From positions 608,720 through 672,719 of the forward strand of contig CAVTBK010000001.1 in assembly GCA_963732935.1 (NCBI GenBank): a DNA stretch of 64,000 bases, read 5' to 3'. The notes beneath the pieces are model-generated. The model did not search any database. It was not told the DNA's origin and saw only the letters and a list, made by a program, of their open reading frames with translations. The stretch's first letter is position 1; every line of letters starts with the position of its first letter. Shown in pieces: positions 18,200 through 27,929 of this stretch. This DNA comes from an uncultured Acidobacteriota bacterium. Its GTDB lineage: Bacteria > Acidobacteriota > Vicinamibacteria > Fen-336. Made by a program: the position numbers and the translations under genes.

Positions 18200-19957
18200 A
18201 TGCCGCTGCCGCACCTTCTCCGGCTGCTCCCGGAGCTGCGCCGCCAGCGAAAGAGGATCGCCTTCGGGCTGCTCTGCCTGGTCGCGACCACCGGCTTCTC
18301 GGTCGCGAGCCCCTGGGTGCTGCGCCTCGCCATCGACGATCTCACCGTCGCGGTGACGCACCAGAAGCTCTGGATCTACGCCGGGATGGTGCTGGGCCTC
18401 TCGGCGATCGAGGGGGTGTTCCGCTACTTCATGCGGATGGTGCTGATCGGGGTGAGCCGCGAGATCGAGTACCAGCTGCGCAACCGCGTGATGGAGCACC
18501 TGACCCTCCTCTCGCCCGGCTACTACCAGCGCCACCGGGTGGGCGAGCTGCTGAGCCGCGCCTCCAACGACATGGCGGCGGTGCGGTCGGTGCTGGGTCC
18601 CGGGATCATGTACACGGCCAACACGGTCGCCAGCTTCGCCGGCGCCGCGACGCTGATGCTCACGATCAGCCCCTCGCTCACCGGGCTGGCCCTGGTGCCC
18701 CTGGCGCTGGTGGCGTTCCTGGTGCGTCACTTCGGTCGGCAGATCCACGACCGCTTCGAGGAGGTGCAGGCCCAGCTCGCCGAGCTGAGCTCGCTCGCCC
18801 AGGAGAGCCTGGCCGGCGCGCGGGTCGTGCGCGCCTACGCGCAGGAGGCTCACCAGGAGGAGCGCTTCGAGACCGCGAACGAGGAGTACGTGCGGCGCAA
18901 CCGCCGTCTGATCCGGACGACCGGGATCGTGCACCCCGGCATCCAGTTCCTGATGGGCCTGGGCAGCCTGATCGTCATCTGGCTGGGCGGCCGCATGGTC
19001 GTGGCCGGGACCATCTCGCTCGGGTCCTTCGTGGCCTTCGGCGCCTACCTGGCCATGCTGCAGTGGCCGACCATCGCCCTCGGCTGGGTGGTGAACATCT
19101 TCGAGCGTGGGGAGGCCTCGATGGGGCGGATCGACGCGATCCTGGACGCGCCGGTCGAGATCACCGACGCACCCGACGCCGTCCCGCTCGGCGCGATCCG
19201 CGGCGGGCTGGAGCTGCGCGGGTTGTCCTTCGCCTACGACGGCGGCCCGCGCGTGCTCGACGATCTCCGGCTCGAGGTACCCGCCGGTTCGACGCTCGCG
19301 ATCGTGGGCCCGACCGGCTCGGGCAAGAGCACTCTCGTGTCGCTGCTGCCGCGCCTCTTCGATCCGCCGCCCGGGACCCTCTTCCTGGACGGCGTCGACG
19401 TGCGGCGGATCCCGCTCTCCGTGCTTCGGGGCGCGGTCGGCTTCGTGCCCCAGGAGAGCTTCCTCTTCTCCGCCACCGTCCGCGAGAACGTCGCCCTGGG
19501 CCTGCCGGATGAGGACGCGGACCGCGCGGGCCGGGCGGCCGAGCTCGCCCAGCTGGCGAAGGACCTGGGCTCCTTCCCGCACGGCTTCGAGACGGCGGTC
19601 GGCGAGCGCGGGATTACCCTCTCGGGCGGCCAGAAGCAGCGCACGGCCCTGGCGCGCGCGCTGGCGATCGACCCGCGCGTGCTGGTGCTCGACGACGCGC
19701 TCTCGGCGGTCGACACCGAGACCGAGGAGCAGATCCTGCGCGGCGTACGCGCGCTGCATGGCTCGCGCACGATCGTGCTGGTCTCGCACCGGGTCTCGAC
19801 CGTCAAGGACGCCGACCTGATCGTGGCCCTCCGCGACGGGCGCATCGCCGAGAGCGGCAGCCACGAGGAGCTGCTCGCCCGCGGCGGCTTCTACGCGGAT
19901 CTCCACCGCCGCCAGCTGCTGGAAGAGGAGATGGCGACCGGCGAGGACGCGGCGTGA
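18200..19957 (+). CDS. Heterodimeric ABC exporter subunit A (MdlA-like; degenerate Walker B)
   Basis: TMD plus NBD; GPTGSGKST, LSGGQKQR, LVLDDAL (Asp in place of the catalytic Glu). Confidence 0.92.
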   Translation: MPLPHLLRLLPELRRQRKRIAFGLLCLVATTGFSVASPWVLRLAIDDLTVAVTHQKLWIYAGMVLGLSAIEGVFRYFMRMVLIGVSREIEYQLRNRVMEHLTLLSPGYYQRHRVGELLSRASNDMAAVRSVLGPGIMYTANTVASFAGAATLMLTISPSLTGLALVPLALVAFLVRHFGRQIHDRFEEVQAQLAELSSLAQESLAGARVVRAYAQEAHQEERFETANEEYVRRNRRLIRTTGIVHPGIQFLMGLGSLIVIWLGGRMVVAGTISLGSFVAFGAYLAMLQWPTIALGWVVNIFERGEASMGRIDAILDAPVEITDAPDAVPLGAIRGGLELRGLSFAYDGGPRVLDDLRLEVPAGSTLAIVGPTGSGKSTLVSLLPRLFDPPPGTLFLDGVDVRRIPLSVLRGAVGFVPQESFLFSATVRENVALGLPDEDADRAGRAAELAQLAKDLGSFPHGFETAVGERGITLSGGQKQRTALARALAIDPRVLVLDDALSAVDTETEEQILRGVRALHGSRTIVLVSHRVSTVKDADLIVALRDGRIAESGSHEELLARGGFYADLHRRQLLEEEMATGEDAA

Positions 19958-21756
19958 GCGCGGTGCCCGAGGAGGACCCCGCCGCGCCGAAGAGCTACGA
20001 CTGGACGCTCTTCCGGCGGCTGCTCGGCTACCTGCGTCCGCACGGCGCGAGGGTCGCGGCGGCGCTCGCGCTGATCGTGGCGATGTCGGGCCTGGACCTC
20101 GCCCCGCCCTATCTCACCAAGGTGGCGATCGACCGCTACATCAGCAAGGGCGACGCGGCCGGGCTCAGCCGGGTGGCGGTCCTCTACCTGCTGGTGCTGG
20201 CGACGGCCTGGCTGGTGCGGTATCTCCAGAACCAGGTCATGCAGATGACCGGGCAGCGGATCATGCAGGACATGCGGCGGCAGATCTACGCCCACCTGCA
20301 GCGGCTGGAGGTCGGCTACTTCGACCGCAACCCGGTCGGGCGCATGATGACCCGCGTCACGAACGACGTCGACGCGGTGAACGACCTCTTCACCTCGGGT
20401 GTGGTGACCGTATTCGGGGACCTGTTCGCTCTGGTCGGGATCATGATCGTGATGCTGAGCCTCAGCTTCCGGCTGGCGCTCGTGACCTTCGCCGTGATCC
20501 CGCTTTTCTTCGTGCTGACCAACTGGTTCCGGCGCGGGGCGCGGTCCTCCTTCCGGGACACCCGGCGCTGGGTGGCGCGCATCAACGCCTTCCTGCAGGA
20601 GAACCTCTCCGGGATGGCGGTCGTCCAGCTGTTCCGCCGCGAGCAGCGAAGCCGCGAGGACTTCGCGGTGATCAACCGCGCCCACGCGGACGCGAACCTG
20701 CGGGCGATCTTCTACTACGCCGTCTTCTATCCCGCGATCGAGCTGCTGGCGGCTCTCGCCACCGCTCTCATCCTGGTCCGGGGCGGCGGCCTCGTGCTCA
20801 CCAGCGGCCTGACCATCGGCGTGCTGGTGGCGTTCATCCAGTACTCGGAGCGCTTCTGGCGGCCGATCTCGGACCTCTCCGAGAAGTTCAACGTCCTGCA
20901 GGCGGCGATGGCCGCCTCGGAGCGGATCTTCGGTCTCCTCGACACCCCGGTGCGGGTCGCGAGCCCGGCGGCGCCGCGGCGCACGGCGCGGGTGGAAGGG
21001 CGGGTGCGCTTCGAGAACGTCTGGTTCTCCTATGCCGGGAACGAGCAGGACTGGGTCCTGCGGGAGATCGACTTCGCGGTCGAGCCGGGACGCAGCGTCG
21101 CCCTGGTGGGGGCGACCGGCGCCGGCAAGACCTCGATCATCAGCCTGCTGGCGCGCTTCTACGACGTGCAGCGCGGCAACGTGAGCCTGGACGGGATCGA
21201 CGTGCGGGAGTGGGACCTGCGGGCGCTGCGCTCCGCCACGGCGCTCGTGCTGCAGGACGTGCACCTCTTCAGCGGGACGATCGCCTCGAACATCCGCCTG
21301 GGCTCCGAGATCCCGATCGAGCGGGTCCGCGCGGCGGCCGAGGCCGTGAACGCGCACCGCTTCATCGAGGCCCTGCCGGAGGGGTACGAGACGCCGGTCT
21401 TCGAGCGCGGGGCGAGCCTCTCGGTCGGGCAGAGGCAGCTGCTCTCCTTCGCGCGTGCGCTGGCGCACGACCCCCGGGTGCTGATCCTGGACGAGGCCAC
21501 CTCCTCCGTGGACACCGAGACCGAGCAGCTGATCCAGGAGGCGCTCCAGGTGCTGCTGGCGGGACGCACCTCGATCGTGATCGCCCACCGGCTCTCGACC
21601 GTGCAGCACGTGGACGAGATCCTGGTCCTGGGCAAGGGGCGCATCCGCGAGCGCGGGACGCACCAGGAGCTGCTCGCCCGGCGTGGGATGTACTGGCGCC
21701 TCTACCAGCTCCAGTACCAGGAGCAGGAGCTGCGGGGCTCGTCGGCCGAGGCGTGA
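19954..21756 (+). CDS. Heterodimeric ABC exporter subunit B (MdlB-like)
   Basis: TMD plus NBD; GATGAGKTS, LSVGQRQL, ILDEATS, IAHRLST; GTGA overlap with subunit A. Confidence 0.92.
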   Translation: MSAVPEEDPAAPKSYDWTLFRRLLGYLRPHGARVAAALALIVAMSGLDLAPPYLTKVAIDRYISKGDAAGLSRVAVLYLLVLATAWLVRYLQNQVMQMTGQRIMQDMRRQIYAHLQRLEVGYFDRNPVGRMMTRVTNDVDAVNDLFTSGVVTVFGDLFALVGIMIVMLSLSFRLALVTFAVIPLFFVLTNWFRRGARSSFRDTRRWVARINAFLQENLSGMAVVQLFRREQRSREDFAVINRAHADANLRAIFYYAVFYPAIELLAALATALILVRGGGLVLTSGLTIGVLVAFIQYSERFWRPISDLSEKFNVLQAAMAASERIFGLLDTPVRVASPAAPRRTARVEGRVRFENVWFSYAGNEQDWVLREIDFAVEPGRSVALVGATGAGKTSIISLLARFYDVQRGNVSLDGIDVREWDLRALRSATALVLQDVHLFSGTIASNIRLGSEIPIERVRAAAEAVNAHRFIEALPEGYETPVFERGASLSVGQRQLLSFARALAHDPRVLILDEATSSVDTETEQLIQEALQVLLAGRTSIVIAHRLSTVQHVDEILVLGKGRIRERGTHQELLARRGMYWRLYQLQYQEQELRGSSAEA

Positions 21757-21796
21757 GTCCCGTCGCTGAAGGCTGGGGCAGGGCGCGCGGGGTGGA

Positions 21797-22540
21797 TCAG
21801 CGGACGCGCGGAAGGCTGCCGGCTTCCAGGAGCCTCACCTCGTCCGGCCTGAGCTCGCGCCAGGCGCCAGGGGCCAGCTCACCCAAGGGGAAGGCCCCGA
21901 TGGCGACCCGCACCAGCTGGAGCACCTCGTGGCCCAGCAGGGCGCACATGCGCCGGACCTGGCGGTTGCGGCCCTCGCGCAGGACGATCTCGAGCCAGCT
22001 CGATCCGCGCAGGCTGCCCAGCAGGCGCACCTGGGCGGGTCGGGTGAGAACGCCGTCGAGCGGCACCCCCTCGCGCAGGGCGGCGAGCGTCCCGGCCTCG
22101 GGAAGGCCGGCGACGCGCGCGTGGTACGTCTTCGGGACCTGGTGGTCGGGCGAGGTGAGCCGCTCGCCCAGGCGGTGGTCGCTCGTGAGGATGAGGAGAC
22201 CCGAGGTGTCGCGGTCGAGGCGGCCCACCGGGAACACCCACCGGTCGAGGTCCCGGAGGGCGTCGTAGACGGTCGCACGACCGCCCGGATCGACCCGGGT
22301 CGTGACCAGGCCTTCCGGCTTGTGCAAGGCGATCACGACGCGTGCGGCGTCTTCGCCGACCGCGCGGCCGTCGACGCTCAGGCGGTCCTGGCGGGGGTCG
22401 ATCCACTGACCGGGCGTGCGCTCCAGGCGTCCGTTCACCGCGACGCGGCCGTCGGCGATCCAGCGCTCGGCCTCGCGGCGGGAGCAGACCCCGTACTTGG
22501 AGAGGGCGCGGGCGAGCGAGACGGCACCCGGCGGTCTCAG
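21797..22540 (-). CDS. rRNA pseudouridine synthase, RsuA/RluB family (start uncertain: CTG 22540 or GTG 22585)
   Basis: S4 domain LARALSKYGVCSRREAE; HKPEG, VGRLDRDTSGLL and EGRNRQVRRM motifs. Confidence 0.9.
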   Translation of the reverse strand: MRPPGAVSLARALSKYGVCSRREAERWIADGRVAVNGRLERTPGQWIDPRQDRLSVDGRAVGEDAARVVIALHKPEGLVTTRVDPGGRATVYDALRDLDRWVFPVGRLDRDTSGLLILTSDHRLGERLTSPDHQVPKTYHARVAGLPEAGTLAALREGVPLDGVLTRPAQVRLLGSLRGSSWLEIVLREGRNRQVRRMCALLGHEVLQLVRVAIGAFPLGELAPGAWRELRPDEVRLLEAGSLPRVR

Positions 22541-22998
22541 ACCGGAGGCCGCTCGCCCAGCGCGAACGTCATCTGGCCTTCGCACACGACCTTCCCGTCG
22601 ACGAGCGCCTCGCCCTTGAAGCTGCCCATCTTGCTGCGGAGCCGCAGCACCTCGGCCCGCACGATCAGCTGGTCGCCCGCGACGACCGGCCTGCGGTAGC
22701 GCACGCGCTCGATGCCCATGAAGTAGACGACGCGGGACCGGTTCTCCGGCTTGGAGAGGATGAGGACGGCGCCCGCCTGGGCCATGGCCTCGGTGAGGAT
22801 GGTGGCGGGGAGGGTCGGCAGCCCGCCCGGGCCCGCGATGAAGTAGCGCTCGTTCGAGGTGACGTTCTTGACCGCCACGACGCGGCGATCCTCCTCGAGC
22901 TCCAGGATCCGATCGACGAGCAGGAAGGGATAGCGGTGGGGCAGGATCTCCTTGATGTCCTGGATCTCGAGCGGGAGCTTCAAGACGCCTGTGCTCAT
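22537..22998 (-). CDS. fabZ: FabZ-like 3-hydroxyacyl-ACP dehydratase with an atypical active site
   Basis: LPHRYPFLLVDRI, KNVT-NE, EAMAQ and RRPVVAGDQL are present; the usual GHFP motif is absent. Confidence 0.8.
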   Translation of the reverse strand: MSTGVLKLPLEIQDIKEILPHRYPFLLVDRILELEEDRRVVAVKNVTSNERYFIAGPGGLPTLPATILTEAMAQAGAVLILSKPENRSRVVYFMGIERVRYRRPVVAGDQLIVRAEVLRLRSKMGSFKGEALVDGKVVCEGQMTFALGERPPV

Positions 22999-23270
22999 GG
23001 AGATACGAGTCTACACCGGCGCGGCCCGGGACGCCCGCCGGGTTCTGGCCGGCCCCGGCTGCTCGAGCGGCGCGTTCTTGCCGGCCCCGCAGTCGGAGCG
23101 AGCGCGTTGCCTCCGCGCGGCGGCCCGGGCTGGCGGCGGTGAAACGGGGGGGCGCTGATCCTAACGCTCTCTCGCTCAAGGAGTTGCCCTGGTGGGACGT
23201 GACAGCGATCACTGGCAAGGGGGTGCCGGCGAACTATTCTTGCGCTCTCAAGTAGAATCGGGGTCTTGCT

Positions 23271-24188
23271 GTGACACGGACCATGTGTGCTCTCGCGTTG
23301 GTTTGCGTTGCGACCTCCGCGGCCGGGCAGGTTCCCACCTTCTCGGCGCGGAGCGATCTCGTCGTGTTCTCGGCCACGGCCGTCGACGGCAAGGGCCGGC
23401 CCGTCACGGACTTGCGGCCCGAGGAGTTCCGCGTGTACGAGGACGGGCGACTCCAGAGGATCGTCCACTTCCACGAGGGCCTCGGGCTCCCCGCCCGAGT
23501 CCTGCTACTGGTCGACGCCAGCGGGAGCATGGGCCAGGAATTCAAGGTGGCGAGCGCGCGCCGGGCGGCAGGCCAGGTCCTCGACGCGCTGGGCCCCGAG
23601 GACCAGGTGGCCCTGGCGGGCTTCGACAGCCGCTACTGGGGCGTCGTCGCCTTCACCCGGGACAAAGAGGTGGTGCGCCGCGGCCTCGCCGCGGTGACGC
23701 CCTTCGGCTCGACGGCGCTGCACGACGCGCTCGACAAGGCGGCGCACGACATCGCGAGCCATGGCGAGGGCCGGCGGGCGGTGGTGGTGGTGACGGACGG
23801 CGTCGACACGGCGAGCGTCGCCACGCCGGACGAGGTGATCGCGCGCTCGCGGGCGCTCGACGTTCCGATCTACGCGGTCTCGGTGGTCTCGCCGCTGGAC
23901 GACCCCGCCGCGAAGGCGTTCGTGGGCGACAAGGGCCGGCGCATCTCGGCCCTGGCGACCGAGACACTCGCCCGTTACGCCGCGCTCTCCGGGGGTGCTG
24001 CCTTCCGTGTCAGCGACCCCCAGGGACTGGTCCTGGCAGCAAACAAGATCGCTTCCGAGCTGAAGCACCAATACCGTCTCGGCTGGGCCCCACCCGCGGG
24101 GCCCGGCCGGTTCCGGCGGGTGGCCGTCGTCACCACCCGAAAGGGGGTGACGATCCGGACCCGCAGCGGATACGTCCCGCCGTCGTGA
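23271..24188 (+). CDS. Acidobacterial-type VWA domain protein
   Basis: Signal peptide, VDGKGRPVTDL..EEFRVYEDG, MIDAS DASGSM, TALHDA and VVTDGVD motifs. Confidence 0.88.
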   Translation: MTRTMCALALVCVATSAAGQVPTFSARSDLVVFSATAVDGKGRPVTDLRPEEFRVYEDGRLQRIVHFHEGLGLPARVLLLVDASGSMGQEFKVASARRAAGQVLDALGPEDQVALAGFDSRYWGVVAFTRDKEVVRRGLAAVTPFGSTALHDALDKAAHDIASHGEGRRAVVVVTDGVDTASVATPDEVIARSRALDVPIYAVSVVSPLDDPAAKAFVGDKGRRISALATETLARYAALSGGAAFRVSDPQGLVLAANKIASELKHQYRLGWAPPAGPGRFRRVAVVTTRKGVTIRTRSGYVPPS

Positions 24189-24280
24189 GTCGCACCTAAT
24201 CGCCGCACTGGCAATAGTCGTCTCAGCAGCAATGGCCGGGCCGTCAGCTGGGGGCCGGCCGCTTCGACAGGAGGTCGGTA

Positions 24281-24916
24281 GTGAGAAAGATGATCGCGCC
24301 GCTTCTGGTGGCCGGGGTCGCCCTGGTCGCCACGGGATGCGCCAAGAAGTCGTACGTCCAACGTGAGGTCAGCGAGGTCAACAAGAAGGTGGACGCCGTG
24401 TCCGCCGAGGTCGAGAAGACGCAGCAGCGCGTCCAGCAGAACGAGGTGCGGATCGACGCGGTCGACAAGTCCGCCCAGTCCGGCATCGGCGAGGCGAAGA
24501 GCTCCGCCCAGGCCGCGATGAGCAAGGCCGCCGAGGCCGAGAAGGCCGCCAAGGGCAAGCTCATCTACACGGTCACGCTCTCGGACGACAAGGTGCACTT
24601 CCCGCTGAACAAGGCGGAGGTCAGCGACGAGGCCAAGGCGATGATCGATGAGGCCATCGCGCCTCTCGTCCAGGCGAACGCTGGCGTCTACTTCGAGATC
24701 CAGGGCCACACGGACTCGACCGGTGACGCCGGCTACAACCTGAAGCTGGGCGAGGAGCGCGCCATGGCCGTGCGCGACTACATCGCCAAGAAGTTCGGCG
24801 TCGCGCTCAACCGGCTGAACGTGATCTCCTACGGCGAGGAGCAGCCCGTGGTGGACAACAAGACCCGCGAGAACAGGGCCCAGAACCGCCGCGTGGTGAT
24901 CCGCGTCCTCGAGTAG
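24281..24916 (+). CDS. OmpA-family lipoprotein with coiled coil
   Basis: CAGGAGG SD; lipobox ATGC; GHTDSTG, NLKLGEERA, SYGEEQP and NRRV motifs. Confidence 0.92.
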   Translation: MRKMIAPLLVAGVALVATGCAKKSYVQREVSEVNKKVDAVSAEVEKTQQRVQQNEVRIDAVDKSAQSGIGEAKSSAQAAMSKAAEAEKAAKGKLIYTVTLSDDKVHFPLNKAEVSDEAKAMIDEAIAPLVQANAGVYFEIQGHTDSTGDAGYNLKLGEERAMAVRDYIAKKFGVALNRLNVISYGEEQPVVDNKTRENRAQNRRVVIRVLE

Positions 24917-25050
24917 GGCTCGCGCGTCCTCACGCGTGTGCAGCGGCCCCGGGGCCCGGGCGGGCTCCGGGGCCGTGCCGTCTTCCCCCCGGCTTCCGCC
25001 GCTCCCCCGGGTGGAATCCGGGCTCGCGGGGCGCTTTCGCGTCCCAGGCC

Positions 25051-25076
25051 GGAATTCCGGTGCCGTCTCGGCCGTA
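25051..25076 (+). promoter_or_regulatory. Putative autoregulatory ECF-sigma promoter
   Basis: GGAATT-16 nt-CGTA just upstream of the ECF sigma SD and start. Confidence 0.5.
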
Positions 25077-25091
25077 TCATCTCCGGAGGTG

Positions 25092-25709
25092 ATGGCCCTC
25101 GCCGATCCTTTGCGCGTGCCGGGCGCCGCGGCCGACGCCGACGAGGCCGTTCTCCTGGCCCGGGCGCGGCGCGGAGACCTCTCCGCCTTCGAGGAGGTGG
25201 TGACGCGGAACCGGCGGCGCGTCTACGGCGTGGCCCTGCGCATCGTGCGTTGCCATGAGACGGCGGAGGACGTGGCCCAGGAGGCCTTCGTGCGGGCTTG
25301 GCGCACGCTCGACCGCTTCGAGCTGGAGCGTCCCTTCGCGCCCTGGGTGTGCCGGATCGCGGCGAATCTGGCCCTGAACCAGCTGCGCTCCCCGCGATCG
25401 CGCGAGCAGCCGCTGCCCGAAGAGGGCGCCCTCCCCCCGGCGCGAAACCCCGACCCGCTCGCTTCGGTCCTCGACGCCGAGGCCGGGCGGGTGCTCGACG
25501 CGGCACTCGGCACGCTGCCGGCCGAGCAGCGGGCCGTGCTGGTGCTGCGCGTCTTCGAGGAGCTGTCCTACGACGAGATCGCCGCGGCGCTCGGGCTGAG
25601 CCCCGGCACGGTGATGAGCCGGCTCTTCCGGGCCCGCGAGCGTCTCTCGCAGGCCCTCGCGTCCTACTTGGGCCCTGCGGCGCTGCGTCGGAAGGGGGGC
25701 GTCACATGA
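25092..25709 (+). CDS. ECF RNA polymerase sigma-70 factor
   Basis: AEDVAQEAF, FAPWVCRIA, LSYDEIA and GTVMSRLFRAR motifs; GGAGG SD. Confidence 0.93.
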   Translation: MALADPLRVPGAAADADEAVLLARARRGDLSAFEEVVTRNRRRVYGVALRIVRCHETAEDVAQEAFVRAWRTLDRFELERPFAPWVCRIAANLALNQLRSPRSREQPLPEEGALPPARNPDPLASVLDAEAGRVLDAALGTLPAEQRAVLVLRVFEELSYDEIAAALGLSPGTVMSRLFRARERLSQALASYLGPAALRRKGGVT

Positions 25710-26770
25710 GCGGGCACGTGCGCGAGCAGCTCTCCGCCCTCCTCGACGGCGAGCTGGGCGCGGCGGAGCGCGGCGCGGTGGTGGCGCACCTCGCCTCCTG
25801 CCGGGAGTGCTCGGCCTTCCTGGAGGGGCTGGCCGGCGTCGATCAGGAGCTGGCGAGGCTGCCCCTTCCCGAGACCGAGGACGACGAGGGATTCGCCGCC
25901 CGTGTGCGCGCGCGGATCGAGAAGGAGGCCCGGCCCAGGGGCGCCGCGCGCCGGCCGTGGTCTCCGCGGGTTCTGCCGGCCTGGACCTGGGCGGCGGCCG
26001 CGGCCCTTCTGCTGGCCGTCGTCGCTCCTCTGACGCTGCACGAGGTCCGGGCGCCTTCGGTCGAGAAGGGCGCGGGGGCCATGGCGGCGGCGAAGCAGGC
26101 CCGTGCCGACCGCGAACGGCAGAGGGAGGAGGGAGCGCCCGTCCCCGAGCAGCTCACGGCAGCGACCAGGCCGGCGCGCCGAGCGCCGCCGCCGCGCGAG
26201 GCCGCCACCGCGCCGGCGCCGCGCGCTCCGGCTCCAGCCGCGCCAGCCGCCGCCCCAGGTCTTGCCGGGGCGGACCAGAAGGCGGAGGCGAAGGCGCCGC
26301 CTCCGGCCTCGGGCGAGGCTGCGCCGAGCCCCGTGGAGCTCCAGGGGCCGACCGGATTCGCCGTGGCCCCTCAGCGGGGACAACCGTCGGGCGAAGCCCC
26401 GACGCTACAGGGGGGCTACGCGAAGAGCTCGGCCCCGCGCGCCCTCGAGCGGCGCGCGAAGACCACGACGCGTGATGCGCTCGAGAACGAGGCGACCTCG
26501 GCCGCACGGCTCGAGGAGGCGCCCCGGACGCTCGAGGAGTGGAGGCGGCTGCGCGACGCCTGGCGCGAGCGGGTCCGCGCGGACCCGGAGGGGCCCGGGG
26601 CCGACGAGGCGCGTCTCCGCGAGATCGAGGCCGCGGCGCAGGCCTGTCGTGCGGGCGGAGACGAGGAGGACGCGCGGGTCCTCAAGCACGACGTGGCCGA
26701 GTATCTCGCCCGCGCCCATGCCCCGGAGCAGGATCGGGTGCGGCGGCTGCTGCGCGAGGCGCTTCCCTAG
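25706..26770 (+). CDS. Zinc-finger (zf-HC2) membrane anti-sigma factor
   Basis: H...LSALLDGEL...HLASCREC motif, one TM, Ala/Pro-rich periplasmic part; ATGA overlap with the sigma gene. Confidence 0.85.
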   Translation: MSGHVREQLSALLDGELGAAERGAVVAHLASCRECSAFLEGLAGVDQELARLPLPETEDDEGFAARVRARIEKEARPRGAARRPWSPRVLPAWTWAAAAALLLAVVAPLTLHEVRAPSVEKGAGAMAAAKQARADRERQREEGAPVPEQLTAATRPARRAPPPREAATAPAPRAPAPAAPAAAPGLAGADQKAEAKAPPPASGEAAPSPVELQGPTGFAVAPQRGQPSGEAPTLQGGYAKSSAPRALERRAKTTTRDALENEATSAARLEEAPRTLEEWRRLRDAWRERVRADPEGPGADEARLREIEAAAQACRAGGDEEDARVLKHDVAEYLARAHAPEQDRVRRLLREALP

Positions 26771-26883
26771 AGCCGCCAGCGGTTTTCGCGCCGGCGGGGA
26801 GAGGCCATCGCGCGGCCTTCGCGGCCGCGCCGAAGGCCGTCGTGCTAGGATGCGCACTTTCCCGTTTCGAAGGGGTGCCGGCC

Positions 26884-27897
26884 ATGCTGGTGGTGATGCG
26901 TCAAGATGCGAGCCCGGACCAGATCCGGGGCGTGGTGCGGGCCGTCGAGGCCCGTGGGTTCAAGGCGCACGCCATCCCCGGGGCCCAGCGCACGGCGATC
27001 GGGATCACGGGCAACCGGGGGGCGGTGGACCGGCCGGTCTTCGAGAGCCTGCCCGGGGTGCTCGAGGTGATCCCGGTGACCCACGCCTACAAGCTCGTCT
27101 CGCGCGAGGTGAAGCCGGACGACACGATCGTCCGGGTCGGCGAGGTGCCGGTGGGCGGACGCGAGCTGGTAGTGGCCGCCGGCCCCTGCGCGGTCGAGTC
27201 GCTGGAGCAGACCCTCACGGTCGCCCGCCAGGTGAAGAAGGCCGGGGCCCGGATCCTGCGCGGCGGCGCTTTCAAGCCGCGCACCAGCCCCTATTCCTTC
27301 CAGGGCCTGGGTGAGGAGGGCCTGCGCATCCTGGCCGCGGCTCGCGAGGAGACGGGACTGCCGATCGTCACCGAGGCGCTCGACATCGAGGGGGTGGACC
27401 TGGTCGAGCGCTACGCGGACGCGATCCAGGTCGGCGCCCGCAACATGCAGAACTTCTCGCTCCTGCGTCGCTGCGGAAAGGCCCGGAAGCCGGTGCTCCT
27501 CAAGCGCGGGATCGCGGCAACGCTCGAGGAGTTCCTGATGTCGGCCGAGTACGTGCTGGCCGAGGGCAACTACGACGTCATCCTTTGCGAGCGCGGGGTG
27601 CGGACCTTCTCCGACTTCTCGCGCAACACCCTGGACCTGGCGGTGGTGCCGGCGGTGAAGGAGCGGACCCACTTGCCGATCTTCGTTGACCCCTCCCACG
27701 GCACCGGGCGGCGTGACAAGGTGGCGCCTCTCTCGCTCGGCGCCGCCGCGGTGGGCGCCGACGGCCTGATCGTGGAGGTGCACCACGATCCCGACGCCGC
27801 CCTCTCGGACGGCCCGCAGTCGCTCACCCCCGGGATGTTCGCCGAGCTCGTGGAGCAGCTGCGCCAGATCGCGCCCGTGGTCGGCCGAACCATGTAG
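26884..27897 (+). CDS. aroF: 3-deoxy-7-phosphoheptulonate (DAHP) synthase, type I-beta with N-terminal ACT-like domain
   Basis: AGPCAVES, RGGAFKPRTSPYSFQG, QVGARNMQN, CERGVRTF and DPSHGTG motifs. Confidence 0.95.
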   Translation: MLVVMRQDASPDQIRGVVRAVEARGFKAHAIPGAQRTAIGITGNRGAVDRPVFESLPGVLEVIPVTHAYKLVSREVKPDDTIVRVGEVPVGGRELVVAAGPCAVESLEQTLTVARQVKKAGARILRGGAFKPRTSPYSFQGLGEEGLRILAAAREETGLPIVTEALDIEGVDLVERYADAIQVGARNMQNFSLLRRCGKARKPVLLKRGIAATLEEFLMSAEYVLAEGNYDVILCERGVRTFSDFSRNTLDLAVVPAVKERTHLPIFVDPSHGTGRRDKVAPLSLGAAAVGADGLIVEVHHDPDAALSDGPQSLTPGMFAELVEQLRQIAPVVGRTM

Positions 27898-27927
27898 GGG
27901 GGTGCGGGTGCGGCGCAGCACCCCCCT
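27896..27927. terminator. GC-rich hairpin between convergent genes
   Basis: AGGGGGGTGC...GCACCCCCCT inverted repeat; no U-tract. Confidence 0.4.
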
Positions 27928-27929
27928 GC

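Noticed and set aside
22999-23270. Sigma54 promoter or riboswitch between fabZ and the VWA gene
   Set aside because: TGGCAAGGGGGTGC has GG-N9-GC rather than GG-N10-GC spacing, and I see no riboswitch core motifs.
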